A stretch of DNA of 64,000 bases from an uncultured virus (IMG/VR IMGVR_UViG_2609459938_000002) (IMGVR_UViG_2609459938_000002:1-64000); one strand, 5' to 3'. Positions 48,147 to 57,519 are shown, counted from the stretch's first letter. Made by a program: numbers and translations. The notes: generated by a model from the sequence alone, not told the origin.

Positions 48147-49295
48147 ATGAAAGTAATAGATTTATTCGCGGGAGTTGGTGGGCTTAGCTTAGGCGCTGCT
48201 AGAGCAGGGTTTGACGTTTCCGCCGCTGTTGAGATTGATTCGCATGCTATTGAAACGCATCATGTTAACTTCCCAAATTCACGACATTTTATGGAAGATG
48301 TATCTTCCATTGATGGAAAGGAATTACTAAAAAGTATTAATTTGGAATCACTTGATTGTTTAATTGGTGGTCCACCTTGTCAAGGTTTTAGTAGCATTGG
48401 TAAAGGAAATGTTGATGACGTAAGAAATGAATTATATTTTCATTTCTTTAGAATCATTAGCGAAATACGACCATTATGCTTTTTGGCCGAAAATGTGCCA
48501 GGTATTATGAATGAGAAATATGATCCAATTAGAAATAAAGCATTATCTTTAATTAAAGATGATTATTATATTTTGCCACCTTTGAAAGTGAAAGCTTCAG
48601 ATTATGGTGCACCAACAACAAGAACTCGTATATTTTTTATTGGCTATAAAAAGACACTTGGTAAAGACCTACTGGATATTAAACAATTCACCCCGAAAAA
48701 AGGTGAGCGTATGATTACAGTCGGTGATGCCTTAGCAGGCATTAATTTTATGGTAGAACCAAGTTGGCAGACTGATGCTGAGGCTTGGCATAAAGTAGAA
48801 CGCCATTTTAAAGGCTCTTTTTACGATAAATTGTGGGGTGAGATACCTTCTGGGGTTGGGGATAAAGAAACGCTGTATAAATTGAAACAGGGAAAAGTTT
48901 CTGGATTTTTGGGCACTCTACATAGCCATGAAGTTCAGAAGCGTTATAACAATTTACAATTTGGAGAGACTGATCGTATATCTAAATCTAAACGTTTAGA
49001 TCCTAATGGATTTTGTCCAACATTAAGGGCTGGTACAGGGAAGGAAAAAGGCAGTTTTCAAGCAGTTAGACCTATTCATCCATATCAACCACGTGTTATT
49101 AGCCCAAGGGAAGCTGCTCGGCTTCAAGGCTTCCCTGATTGGTTCAAATTTCACCCAACAAAATGGCATAGTTTCAGACAAATTGGTAACAGCGTTTGCC
49201 CTATAGTTGCTGAAGCAATGCTGTTACCATTAGCTGATCTGTGCAAAATGTTTAGTCAGAATTGCACCTTAGAAAACCAAGGTATTGCTCTTTGA
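48147..49295 (+). CDS. C5 DNA cytosine methyltransferase (in-frame upstream ATG at 48066)
   Basis: DLFAGVGG, GGPPCQGFS, ENVPG, RTRIF, RQIGNSV. Confidence 0.93.
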   Translation: MKVIDLFAGVGGLSLGAARAGFDVSAAVEIDSHAIETHHVNFPNSRHFMEDVSSIDGKELLKSINLESLDCLIGGPPCQGFSSIGKGNVDDVRNELYFHFFRIISEIRPLCFLAENVPGIMNEKYDPIRNKALSLIKDDYYILPPLKVKASDYGAPTTRTRIFFIGYKKTLGKDLLDIKQFTPKKGERMITVGDALAGINFMVEPSWQTDAEAWHKVERHFKGSFYDKLWGEIPSGVGDKETLYKLKQGKVSGFLGTLHSHEVQKRYNNLQFGETDRISKSKRLDPNGFCPTLRAGTGKEKGSFQAVRPIHPYQPRVISPREAARLQGFPDWFKFHPTKWHSFRQIGNSVCPIVAEAMLLPLADLCKMFSQNCTLENQGIAL

Positions 49296-50260
49296 TACTC
49301 AATAAAGGTTTTTAATTGATTAATTGTTTTGGGTTCTGTCTCAGAGAGATAGAATCCCATTGACTCAATAATTTCTTCAGGGGTGCTATTTGGAAGTTTC
49401 GATTCAATTTCAAACCGCTCTTTTAAAGACATCGTAGGAATACTTATATTTCTCGGCTTATCCCACGTTTTATCGATAAATGGCCAATGTTCTAAGCGAG
49501 ACCTTTTAAAGAAACGATTGATTTTTGATTCATCATTTTCTAACAAAATTCCAGTAGCTGTGAGCATTGTTTGGCCATCAGCATAAATAAAAGATGATAA
49601 TGGTTGCATAAATATATCAGACCTAGTGGATAATCCCATATTAACTGCTTTACGAATTGCGTGAAGTAATGTTGTTGGATACCTTTTTGAATTCGTATGA
49701 TCTGGAGTTATTGGATAAGGTGCATATCTATCTAATATGGAACTTAAATTTGATGCACGATAGTCTTGGGGAGTTGCAGAGTAAGGTGCGTTGGGATCGC
49801 GACCAAGCGTTTCAGCGTGAGCGTTAACAGTAACTTTTAATATGTCGTAGGCATTAAGTTTGTTGCAGAGTAGTTCAATTTCGCCTAATTGGTCGTTCAA
49901 CATAGAAGGCAAAGTGTAATCGAGCCATACTACATGCCGAGTTCTTTTTTTAAAGTTATAATTTGTAAGGAAATTTTGACTTGTTTGTGGCTCTTTCCCG
50001 ATATCTATACAAGAATTCGGCATATTAAATTTCTGACGCTTATGTGTATTTTCAACAATCTCAAGAGAAATCATTTTTTTTATTTTTAGTACGCTATGCA
50101 TTACTTTGAAATCCTCAAGAAAAGGTCCTCCAAAACCAGCGTATACATAGTCAGATATATTTTTACAATTGTTTACCTTTCCTAATAGATCGATGAACAG
50201 ATTCCGGTCAACGGCTTTATTATGCCTAAGATGGTAAGGTATGCTGTTTCCATTACTCAT
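49256..50260 (-). CDS. Putative SAM-dependent methyltransferase-fold protein
   Basis: YAGFGG glycine loop, ISLE, VVWLDY; overlaps the ATPase stop. Confidence 0.6.
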   Translation of the reverse strand: MSNGNSIPYHLRHNKAVDRNLFIDLLGKVNNCKNISDYVYAGFGGPFLEDFKVMHSVLKIKKMISLEIVENTHKRQKFNMPNSCIDIGKEPQTSQNFLTNYNFKKRTRHVVWLDYTLPSMLNDQLGEIELLCNKLNAYDILKVTVNAHAETLGRDPNAPYSATPQDYRASNLSSILDRYAPYPITPDHTNSKRYPTTLLHAIRKAVNMGLSTRSDIFMQPLSSFIYADGQTMLTATGILLENDESKINRFFKRSRLEHWPFIDKTWDKPRNISIPTMSLKERFEIESKLPNSTPEEIIESMGFYLSETEPKTINQLKTFIEYQRAIPWFSKVQF

Positions 50261-51704
50261 TTTCTAAAGCCTCTTTTAGCATTTTATCAAATGTTTTTCG
50301 CCCAACGTCAACAGCTGGTACATTAACATCATCGAATAGATATTCTGCCACTTGGTTAAACTCGTCAATTTCAACGCTATATTTTATGAGTTTGGTTTTG
50401 TTAATAACTTTTGGCAATGGAAGTGTGGGTTTGTATATTTTTCCTCCAAATGGCTTAGGATTCGCTTTGAGTTGTTTTTTAGGAATCATATTAATAAGTT
50501 CGCTTGAAGTCGCAGGGAGCGACTTATTACTCATCGATTTTATAGTGTTATTACTGTTACCGTAGGATTTCCATTTATTAGTAAAGTTAATGAAGGTTTT
50601 AAGACCTTCACGCATATAATCTTTTACGGCTAGGTAAAGATCTGAATTGCCATCAATTCCGCGTTTTGTAGTGGTTACGGGTAGTAAACTGGCATCATTT
50701 GAAGTGAATTTTACTACGCCTGCAATGCCAATAAATTGGGTGTGATATGCAGGTACTCCCGCTTCTCCCCACCCTGTTAATCTTGTTTTATCAGAATAGA
50801 TGACAACGCGGTCATTACAAATAACCGTCCAACCAGCCTTTTCGCTAGAAGTTTTAGATTCTAAATACTCTACATCTTCATCATCTGTTGTAAGATCTCT
50901 ATAGAACCCGACAGATAACTCTATACTAACTCCATTTTGTTCATTAGTGTAAACATAAGGAGTTATTCCATCCCCATTTTTAAAAGCATTTTCATCATAA
51001 AGAAGAGTTGTGAGGCTTGGTTTAATCACTTGGCCGTTTAAACTAATTTTAAAACCTTTGTTTATAACTATTGCGAAATGATTGGATATGACATTCATTA
51101 GATCTGATTGGAAAACAATTTTATCTCCTAATAGTCTAGATATACCATCTCTTATCTGGGTTATTTCAATTCTAGTGCCATTATGATTTAATCCGGTGGC
51201 TTTGTGTGTTAATGGCAAGTACCAATCACTATCATCGATTAACCATTCTGGGCGAATCTCGACTTCATATTCATCTTCGTCTGTTTTTGTCGAAACAATG
51301 GAGTGAGAACCCATTTTAAACATTGCCCTTTTCATACCAATACCATATACACCTATGGTGGGTACTGTTCTTTCTTTACCAAAATTTGTGTTACCTAATC
51401 GGAATGCCTCATTTTCCGCACGTTCAGCAGATATCCCGCCACAGTTATCCTCGATAATGAATTTATCCTTGTCCATTATCAAATTTGTGTAGAACCCGTT
51501 ATAGTTTTTATCGGGATTGGTTGATATTGATCTCATTGCGCCGTCAAGACAGTTATCAACAAGATCAAGTATTGCATCTGTAAGTTCTATATCTCGTGTC
51601 AGCATATCCACAAAAAACTTTTTCGCTGGCGAAGCATTAACTGGAGTGTTGTTCAATTTCATTTCCTTAGTAGATAATTGAGACATTACTGCTTGATAAT
51701 ACAT
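50253..51704 (-). CDS. GHKL (MORC-like) ATPase; start 51704 or 51662
   Basis: DLVDNCLDG, EDNCGG, GVYGIGMK, GTRIEI. Confidence 0.88.
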   Translation of the reverse strand: MYYQAVMSQLSTKEMKLNNTPVNASPAKKFFVDMLTRDIELTDAILDLVDNCLDGAMRSISTNPDKNYNGFYTNLIMDKDKFIIEDNCGGISAERAENEAFRLGNTNFGKERTVPTIGVYGIGMKRAMFKMGSHSIVSTKTDEDEYEVEIRPEWLIDDSDWYLPLTHKATGLNHNGTRIEITQIRDGISRLLGDKIVFQSDLMNVISNHFAIVINKGFKISLNGQVIKPSLTTLLYDENAFKNGDGITPYVYTNEQNGVSIELSVGFYRDLTTDDEDVEYLESKTSSEKAGWTVICNDRVVIYSDKTRLTGWGEAGVPAYHTQFIGIAGVVKFTSNDASLLPVTTTKRGIDGNSDLYLAVKDYMREGLKTFINFTNKWKSYGNSNNTIKSMSNKSLPATSSELINMIPKKQLKANPKPFGGKIYKPTLPLPKVINKTKLIKYSVEIDEFNQVAEYLFDDVNVPAVDVGRKTFDKMLKEALENE

Positions 51705-51881
51705 TACAAGTAATGCGCTTTCATAGCCAAAAAAAAATTTTTATGAATGAACGCATTGATTTTATCGAGAATCCATATGTTATAGATATCTAGGTGTAAA
51801 TATAATTCAATGCTAATTATAACGCTTTGTGACTATTATTTGATAATCCTTCTCGTTTGTACACATTAGGCTGAATATGAA

Positions 51882-51897
51882 CTGTATATAAATACAG
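51882..51897. promoter_or_regulatory. LexA box
   Basis: CTGTATATAAATACAG. Confidence 0.8.
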
Positions 51898-52071
51898 CAT
51901 TTGAATTTCACTTTTTCGCTCGCGACGGTTCTTATCGGAGCACCTCTTGTTATTTTCACGCACGAAAGAAACCGTATCGTAAATTGGTGTTTTCGATGTG
52001 AAATTATTATCCAATCAAGTTTTTAACAATTCGTGCTGTTAAGCCGTTGATCAATCTCACTCAGAAGTGTA

Positions 52072-52087
52072 CTGTATAAACATACAG
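52072..52087. promoter_or_regulatory. LexA box upstream of the dinI-like gene
   Basis: CTGTATAAACATACAG. Confidence 0.85.
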
Positions 52088-52107
52088 TAAAAGCAGCGGA
52101 GGCAATT

Positions 52108-52341
52108 ATGAAGGTTGAATTAACCATTGATCGCACAAAAGAACTTCCTAAGGGCTCGGTCCTGGCACTAGAAAAAGAGTTATTTAAACGACTCCAGAAT
52201 CAGTGCGATGGATGCCGTCTGGCTATAAGCCGTGCAAGCTCGGATAGGCTAAGTGTTTACGGTGGCGAAAAGGAAGTTGAAAATAAGGTTGAGGAAATCC
52301 TTCAGGATACCTGGGAAAGTGCTAACGACTGGTTCTATTGA
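52108..52341 (+). CDS. DinI-like protein
   Basis: ALEKEL, EEILQDTWESANDWF; SOS box. Confidence 0.88.
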   Translation: MKVELTIDRTKELPKGSVLALEKELFKRLQNQCDGCRLAISRASSDRLSVYGGEKEVENKVEEILQDTWESANDWFY

Positions 52342-52384
52342 GTAGAGGTCCAGTGGCTGACCTGGTTTATTTGAGGATTTTGCT

Positions 52385-52642
52385 GTGGCTAAAAAACAAC
52401 AAATGCCGAACACCGGCTATGTAGTAATCAGATGCGATGACGGGGTAATTGTTGCCCGTCTCACCTCTTTTCCCGTATGTGAGCGCGCTTTAATGTACCG
52501 TCGCGGTGATACTGTTTCGTTTATGCCTCTGCAGCCCGATGAGATCGTGGGGACTCTCTCGCTGTTTTCGCAGATGATTGAAAGAGCAAAGACCGGAGGG
52601 GGTTACCAAATTCCTCCGGGCTCTGTTACACTCCCGTCATAG
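52385..52642 (+). CDS. Hypothetical phage protein
   Basis: GAGG RBS; ORF. Confidence 0.6.
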   Translation: MAKKQQMPNTGYVVIRCDDGVIVARLTSFPVCERALMYRRGDTVSFMPLQPDEIVGTLSLFSQMIERAKTGGGYQIPPGSVTLPS

Positions 52643-52682
52643 GCCTGAACAACCTATACCTGCTGCGTCGCGGAGAGAAACC

Positions 52683-53075
52683 ATGACGCAAACCCCCGAA
52701 GTATCAAAATCCCATCAGACTGGTGCTCCTTCATCGAGCGCCGGTTTGCTTTCGTCTTCAAAACTAACTTTTCGACAGCAGGAAGTTTTCGATCTGCTGG
52801 TGGCCTACATCAATCAGCATGGCTACCCACCTACGCTATATGAGCTGGCCGATATGCTGGGCGTTAGCTCGTCTAATGCTGTCCTGTTGCATCTGCGTGC
52901 GTTAGAGAGAAAAAATTTTATAAAACTCTCTCGCCGTGTCTCCAGAGGAATTTCAATCGTCGGGCGAAAGGAGCCTATGCTCGCCGTGCAGCTGCTGCAG
53001 GAAATGATCGCTGAAGAACCCGGCGCGCGTGAAAGAGCGATTGAGTTTTTGCGACTGTTCGGTGATCAGCCATGA
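52683..53075 (+). CDS. LexA DNA-binding-domain protein lacking a peptidase domain
   Basis: LTFRQQEVFD..GYPPT..EL..LGVSSSNAV..HLRALERK..SRGI. Confidence 0.82.
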   Translation: MTQTPEVSKSHQTGAPSSSAGLLSSSKLTFRQQEVFDLLVAYINQHGYPPTLYELADMLGVSSSNAVLLHLRALERKNFIKLSRRVSRGISIVGRKEPMLAVQLLQEMIAEEPGARERAIEFLRLFGDQP

Positions 53076-53275
53076 AGAAAAGTTGGTTTTTACACGAGCA
53101 ACTGTCAGAGGCTGAGGCTACAGAGCTGGTGGAGCGATACCGTAAAAATAACTGTGTGGTTGAGAAAAGCTTGTCCAGAGACTTTGCATCGTGGGAGATC
53201 CGCGTGCTGTTGCCGGAATCGAAGAAGCCGCCACGGATTGACAGGACCTACATACAGAAGATGTGGAGGGACTGA
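53072..53275 (+). CDS. Hypothetical phage protein
   Basis: ATGA overlap. Confidence 0.65.
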   Translation: MKKSWFLHEQLSEAEATELVERYRKNNCVVEKSLSRDFASWEIRVLLPESKKPPRIDRTYIQKMWRD

Positions 53276-54306
53276 TGCGAGCTTTGCTTAACGTGGATAT
53301 TGCACGCCATCTTGGAATTGTGCTGCTTAAGCCGGGTAGTGAATTAATGCCGTTATTCGGTGCTGGCCGAGTTCTTGTTGAAATACCGCCGGCAAGCATG
53401 AAAAAGATACCCAGTGGACGTCTTCCTGATGCCCGGCAGCCGTTGCGGGATGATATGGGGATCAGACCTTTTTTCATGAAGAAGGCAGTTATCACTGCAG
53501 CTGGTGGGGTTAGTGCCCTCGAGTCATGGTTGCGCCGGCAGGTTAAAAACTGTCAGTGGACACATTCCGATTACCATCACCGTGAGCTCGTCCCGTTTCG
53601 CCATTCGACGGGTGTAATAATCGCATGCTGGCACTGTGATAATGAGCTGAAAAACCAAACGGAACAAACCCTCGATCAACTGGTAGGTGTTAATAACGCT
53701 GACTGGGTAATCGACACTGCCCGCATCGCGCTTGGCTTGGACGCTCAGCGGGCACTGTCACTGGCAGAGTTATGCTGGTGGGCGGTAGGCGCCGGGATTG
53801 GCGATGAAATTACAGAAGAAATGGCGCGCCGATCCCTGCGTATTAAAGACGATGGGATTAAATCGGTTTACAGGGAGAGTGAGATTGTTCCGTCGGTACC
53901 GGCCACCAGCATTCTTTCTCCCCGTCTCGAAAAAGCAATCAGGCCAACGGCAAAAACAACGCCGGGCAAACCTCTGGTTCCTGTAAACGTCGATCCTGTT
54001 GCACCGGCGACACTATTCGCGAGACCTAAGCGGAGCCGGTGGTTATCAGCTGACTTTATCTCATGGGTTAAAAAACAGCCGTGTATGTGCTGTGGGCAGC
54101 CTGCAGATGATGCACATCATCTTATTGGCTGGGGGCAGGGCGGCGTAGGCACCAAGGCCCACGATATTTTTACGATCCCATTATGCCGCAAGCACCACCG
54201 CACTTTGCACCATGACCCTGCCGCTTTTGAGCGTGAATACGGCACCCAGCCCGTATTAATTATTAAATTGCTGGACCGGGCATACTCGCTCGGCGTTCTG
54301 GCGTAG
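53275..54306 (+). CDS. DUF968/YdfU-like protein
   Basis: Homologous to 10801-11781; CMCCG..ADDAHH..PLCRKHH. Confidence 0.85.
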   Translation: MRALLNVDIARHLGIVLLKPGSELMPLFGAGRVLVEIPPASMKKIPSGRLPDARQPLRDDMGIRPFFMKKAVITAAGGVSALESWLRRQVKNCQWTHSDYHHRELVPFRHSTGVIIACWHCDNELKNQTEQTLDQLVGVNNADWVIDTARIALGLDAQRALSLAELCWWAVGAGIGDEITEEMARRSLRIKDDGIKSVYRESEIVPSVPATSILSPRLEKAIRPTAKTTPGKPLVPVNVDPVAPATLFARPKRSRWLSADFISWVKKQPCMCCGQPADDAHHLIGWGQGGVGTKAHDIFTIPLCRKHHRTLHHDPAAFEREYGTQPVLIIKLLDRAYSLGVLA

Positions 54307-54322
54307 TAAGGAGAAGAACAGA

Positions 54323-54925
54323 ATGACACCACGTCAACGCCGTCTACACCGTGCAGGATTAGAAACAGTGGCCGCCGCCCCGCGCAAAAGCTGGCTGGGC
54401 CGATTCACTCCCCTTAATGGCATTCAGTCCGCCTGGATAAAATCTCTGCTTACTGTATGGGGAGAAGGTATGAGAGGAGGTGCGGCCCCTCGCAAACCAT
54501 CAGGACATTCATGCTGGCGAGGTATGAAGGGTGATCAGTGGTCAGATAGAGCATTAGAGCGCTTTACGGCAGCAATCGAGCAGGCAAGGAGTGAAGGCTA
54601 TCGCGGGCGGCAGGCACTAAGCAGGGCGCATGCCATTTTGTGGCCAAAACCTCCAACTGTCGCCATTGACGCTGCGATCACTGAGGATGATGTTGAATTT
54701 GTTGAACGATGTGTACTGGCGATATTTGAAACGGGTGATCCTGTTTATCTCGTTGGCGTTAACTATTACACCACCCGCAAAAAAATCTCAGACATAACAC
54801 GGGAAATACAACTGGTGGCTCCATGGTTAACAGACAGTGAGGCCCGGAAAAGAGTGCGCTGGTGCCTTGAAATATTCAGAGCAAAAGCTTTCCTTTCTGT
54901 TCATAAGGCGATTCATGCGGATTAG
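54323..54925 (+). CDS. Q-like late antiterminator
   Basis: Position before late promoter region and terminator; WIKSLLTVWG. Confidence 0.65.
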   Translation: MTPRQRRLHRAGLETVAAAPRKSWLGRFTPLNGIQSAWIKSLLTVWGEGMRGGAAPRKPSGHSCWRGMKGDQWSDRALERFTAAIEQARSEGYRGRQALSRAHAILWPKPPTVAIDAAITEDDVEFVERCVLAIFETGDPVYLVGVNYYTTRKKISDITREIQLVAPWLTDSEARKRVRWCLEIFRAKAFLSVHKAIHAD

Positions 54926-55045
54926 CAAAAAGTGCTATGTTGCCTTTTTGGTATTGAAAATGGGCCAGAAAGTTAGATAATTCCTTCATGCTTGGCAGAG
55001 CTGCGCCACTCGGCAGCGACAAAAAGCGACAATCTGAATATAACG

Positions 55046-55070
55046 AAAACCCCGCCCGTGCGGGGTTTTT
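55046..55070 (+). terminator. tR'-like terminator
   Basis: AAAACCCCGC-CCGT-GCGGGGTTTTT. Confidence 0.8.
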
Positions 55071-55168
55071 GCTTTCCGGCGATACGACAGGGGTATTCGC
55101 GAGATGCGCTGCATCAATACCCCTGTCATATCGTCGTATTGCATACGCAATCTCACATGCTTCAGCAT

Positions 55169-55372
55169 TCACTGAGGATTTTTAGTGATTTTTTTGAAGA
55201 TCTCTAGGGCTTCGGTTGTTAACTGATCATGTTCGCTAAAGTAACTGTCACATGCTGCCTGCTTTTGAGCAGGGGATAGATTAGGGTTGCTTGTTAATTC
55301 AGCAGTTTTAGCTGCTATTTCTGCCAAACGTTCAAAAATCTCTGAAATTCTTTGGTTATCAGTAGATAGCAT
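55169..55372 (-). CDS. Small hypothetical moron protein
   Basis: GAGGT RBS; 67 aa; low GC. Confidence 0.65.
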   Translation of the reverse strand: MLSTDNQRISEIFERLAEIAAKTAELTSNPNLSPAQKQAACDSYFSEHDQLTTEALEIFKKITKNPQ

Positions 55373-55553
55373 TTTACTTACCTCGTATTTACCTGATATC
55401 AGTGAGTGCTACATTGAGTCAGGGCTTCGCAATAGCTTTAAGTATTAGAATGTATACAATTTAAGTGGGCGTTGTTGGCTTATATTATGGCAGAGGCGCT
55501 GGCGGTATGGTCAGATATTGACACTTTGAATGTTTGCATCATAAATTATCGAG

Positions 55554-55662
55554 GTGGTGAATCCCCCTATGCGGAGGGGCGACCAGTCAGTTACAGAAAC
55601 CTGTAAATGCAGCGCGGGCCATGCCGACTGGGGCATGCTCACCGGGAGGCACCCGGCACCAC
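55554..55662 (+). ncRNA. Structured RNA motif, copy 2
   Basis: GTGGTG...CCGGGAGGCACCCGG-CACCAC; TTGACA (55518) and TAAATT (55542) just upstream. Confidence 0.65.
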
Positions 55663-56046
55663 ACTAATGCCTTAACATAGTGACTGTAATGACAAAAGCC
55701 TTGCTCTTTTTGTCTGTCAGGCTATGGTTAACGAACGTAACGGTAAAAAAAGAAGGCTTTCCTGGTAAATCGGTAGCTCGGACTATTAGGTGCACCTTCC
55801 TTTCGTTACAGCCTTGGTTGCCAATTTTCTTCCCGCTTCTCTGGCGGTTTTTTTTATTCATAATCTGCCCAAAAAAACATCAAAGCAAGGAAGGCGATGG
55901 ATTCATTTGCAGGAACTCCTTTCCCCTTCAACGGAGACAGGCTCAAAGCAATAAGAAGCGGAACAGAAGGATGCTTTGCGCCGAAAAATTAGGTCATAGC
56001 GACGCATGGCATTGAAGAGACGTTATTGAGATGTTAAGTTTTATGG

Positions 56047-56149
56047 GTGGTGAATCCCCCTAGCGGAGGGGCGTAAACAGTTAGAAGCGAATCCTCAGCG
56101 CGAGTCACGGTGACTGACCAACGACTTACCGGGAAGCACCCGGCACCAC
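56047..56149 (+). ncRNA. Structured RNA motif, copy 3
   Basis: Same ends as copy 2 with a different middle; TTGAAG-17-TAAGTT upstream. Confidence 0.65.
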
Positions 56150-56341
56150 AACTTCACCTCAAGCCCACGTTAACGCGTGGGCTGTTCTTTTCCAGCGGAT
56201 CTATTCAAAGGCTGCGCATTTGCGTGGCCTTTTTCATTTCAGGCTCACGGGAATCATCATCGATACGGCTCGTTGTTAAATCAGCCCGATGGGCCTGACC
56301 CCCTACACGCACAAAGCACCCCGTTAATCCGGAGGTGGAGT

Positions 56342-56557
56342 ATGTATCGAATGGACAAGCTAACAACAGGTATTGCCTACGGAACGTCCGCAGGTAACGC
56401 GGGGTTCTGGATGTTGCAATTGCTCGACAAAGTATCCCCATCCCAGTGGGCCGCTATTGGTGTTCTGGGAAGTCTGGTATTTGGCTTGCTGACATACCTG
56501 ACGAATCTGTATTTCAAAATTAAAGAAGACCGGCGAAAAGCTGTGCGAGGTGAATAA
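56342..56557 (+). CDS. Phage-21-type pinholin with dual start (Met1/Met4)
   Basis: [18 protein letters not shown]...[13 protein letters not shown]. Confidence 0.92.
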   Translation: MYRMDKLTTGIAYGTSAGNAGFWMLQLLDKVSPSQWAAIGVLGSLVFGLLTYLTNLYFKIKEDRRKAVRGE

Positions 56558-57054
56558 TGTCTCCGACACTACGTAAAAGCGTTCTTGCTGCAGTCGGCGG
56601 TGGAGCCTTTGCGATTGCGTCTGCACTCATTACTGGCCCGACGGGTAATGATGGGCTTGAGGGAGTGCGATACGACCCTTATCAGGATGTGGTAGGTGTC
56701 TGGACGGTTTGCTACGGCCACACAGGTAAAGACATCATGCTCGGCAAAACCTATACCGAGGCAGAGTGTCGGGCGCTACTAAATAAAGACCTGAATACCG
56801 TCGCCAGGCAGATCAACCCTTACATCAAAAAACCGATCCCAGAAACTATGCGTGGGGCTTTGTACTCGTTCGCCTATAACGTCGGAACTGGTAACTTTCA
56901 GACCTCCACACTGCTTCGCAAAATCAACCAGGGTGACCCTAAAGGAGCGTGCGATCAACTGCTCCGCTGGACCTATGCCAAAGGTAAGCAGTGGAAAGGA
57001 CTTATTACCCGGAGGGAAGTTGAGCGTGAAGTTTGTTTATGGGAGCAAAGATGA
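56557..57054 (+). CDS. SAR endolysin (GH24, R21-like)
   Basis: N-terminal SAR helix; [18 protein letters not shown]. Confidence 0.93.
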   Translation: MSPTLRKSVLAAVGGGAFAIASALITGPTGNDGLEGVRYDPYQDVVGVWTVCYGHTGKDIMLGKTYTEAECRALLNKDLNTVARQINPYIKKPIPETMRGALYSFAYNVGTGNFQTSTLLRKINQGDPKGACDQLLRWTYAKGKQWKGLITRREVEREVCLWEQR

Positions 57055-57401
57055 GTCGCTTAACCGCCGTTATCATCGCTATAACAATCCTGCTGGCCTC
57101 TAACGTGATTTCGTGGCGCTCAGGCTGGAGTTCTCACGCTGATCACATCAATGCTCAAGCTTCAAAGAAGAGAGAGAAGGCCGAGAGTACCATTAAGCCT
57201 GTAGAGGAAAAGGCCGCTACTGCTAACGAAGCGGGTAAGGTCATCTACAAAACAATAACACGTGACGTGGTGAAATATGTTCAGTCTCCGAATCGTATTG
57301 TATGCAGGTTTGATGATGATGCTGTGCAGCTGCGTCAGCGCGCCATCGATGCTGCCAACTCCATCCCCGGATTTGATGAGCCCGCCGTGCAAAGCAAGTG
57401 A
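57051..57401 (+). CDS. Rz-like i-spanin
   Basis: N-terminal TM followed by helical domain, after the endolysin. Confidence 0.72.
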   Translation: MSRLTAVIIAITILLASNVISWRSGWSSHADHINAQASKKREKAESTIKPVEEKAATANEAGKVIYKTITRDVVKYVQSPNRIVCRFDDDAVQLRQRAIDAANSIPGFDEPAVQSK

Positions 57402-57519
57402 CGCCGCGAAGGACAGCGACGAAGATCTGCAGGCTGATATTGAAAGCACTCAGTGCTTGCGGCAACTGAGATTGGATAAGTACCGCTGGCAGGCTTATTA
57501 TAAAGCTATAGCCGGATAG
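57277..57519 (+). CDS. Rz1-like o-spanin (overlapping); start uncertain
   Basis: Lipobox-like LCSC followed by Pro-rich segment. Confidence 0.65.
   Translation: MFSLRIVLYAGLMMMLCSCVSAPSMLPTPSPDLMSPPCKASDAAKDSDEDLQADIESTQCLRQLRLDKYRWQAYYKAIAG

Noticed and set aside
48147..51704. Ordinary type II restriction-modification pair
   Set aside because: Neither partner shows a PD-(D/E)xK or HNH motif I can identify, though a divergent nuclease cannot be excluded without structure searches
55680..56015. Type I toxin ORF downstream of the RNA motif
   Set aside because: No short hydrophobic ORF with a credible RBS found; the 111-aa ORF crosses a terminator-like hairpin
55554..56149. tRNA genes between Q and the lysis cassette
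   Set aside because: Despite the CACCA ends there is no TTC-containing 7-nt T-loop or anticodon arm
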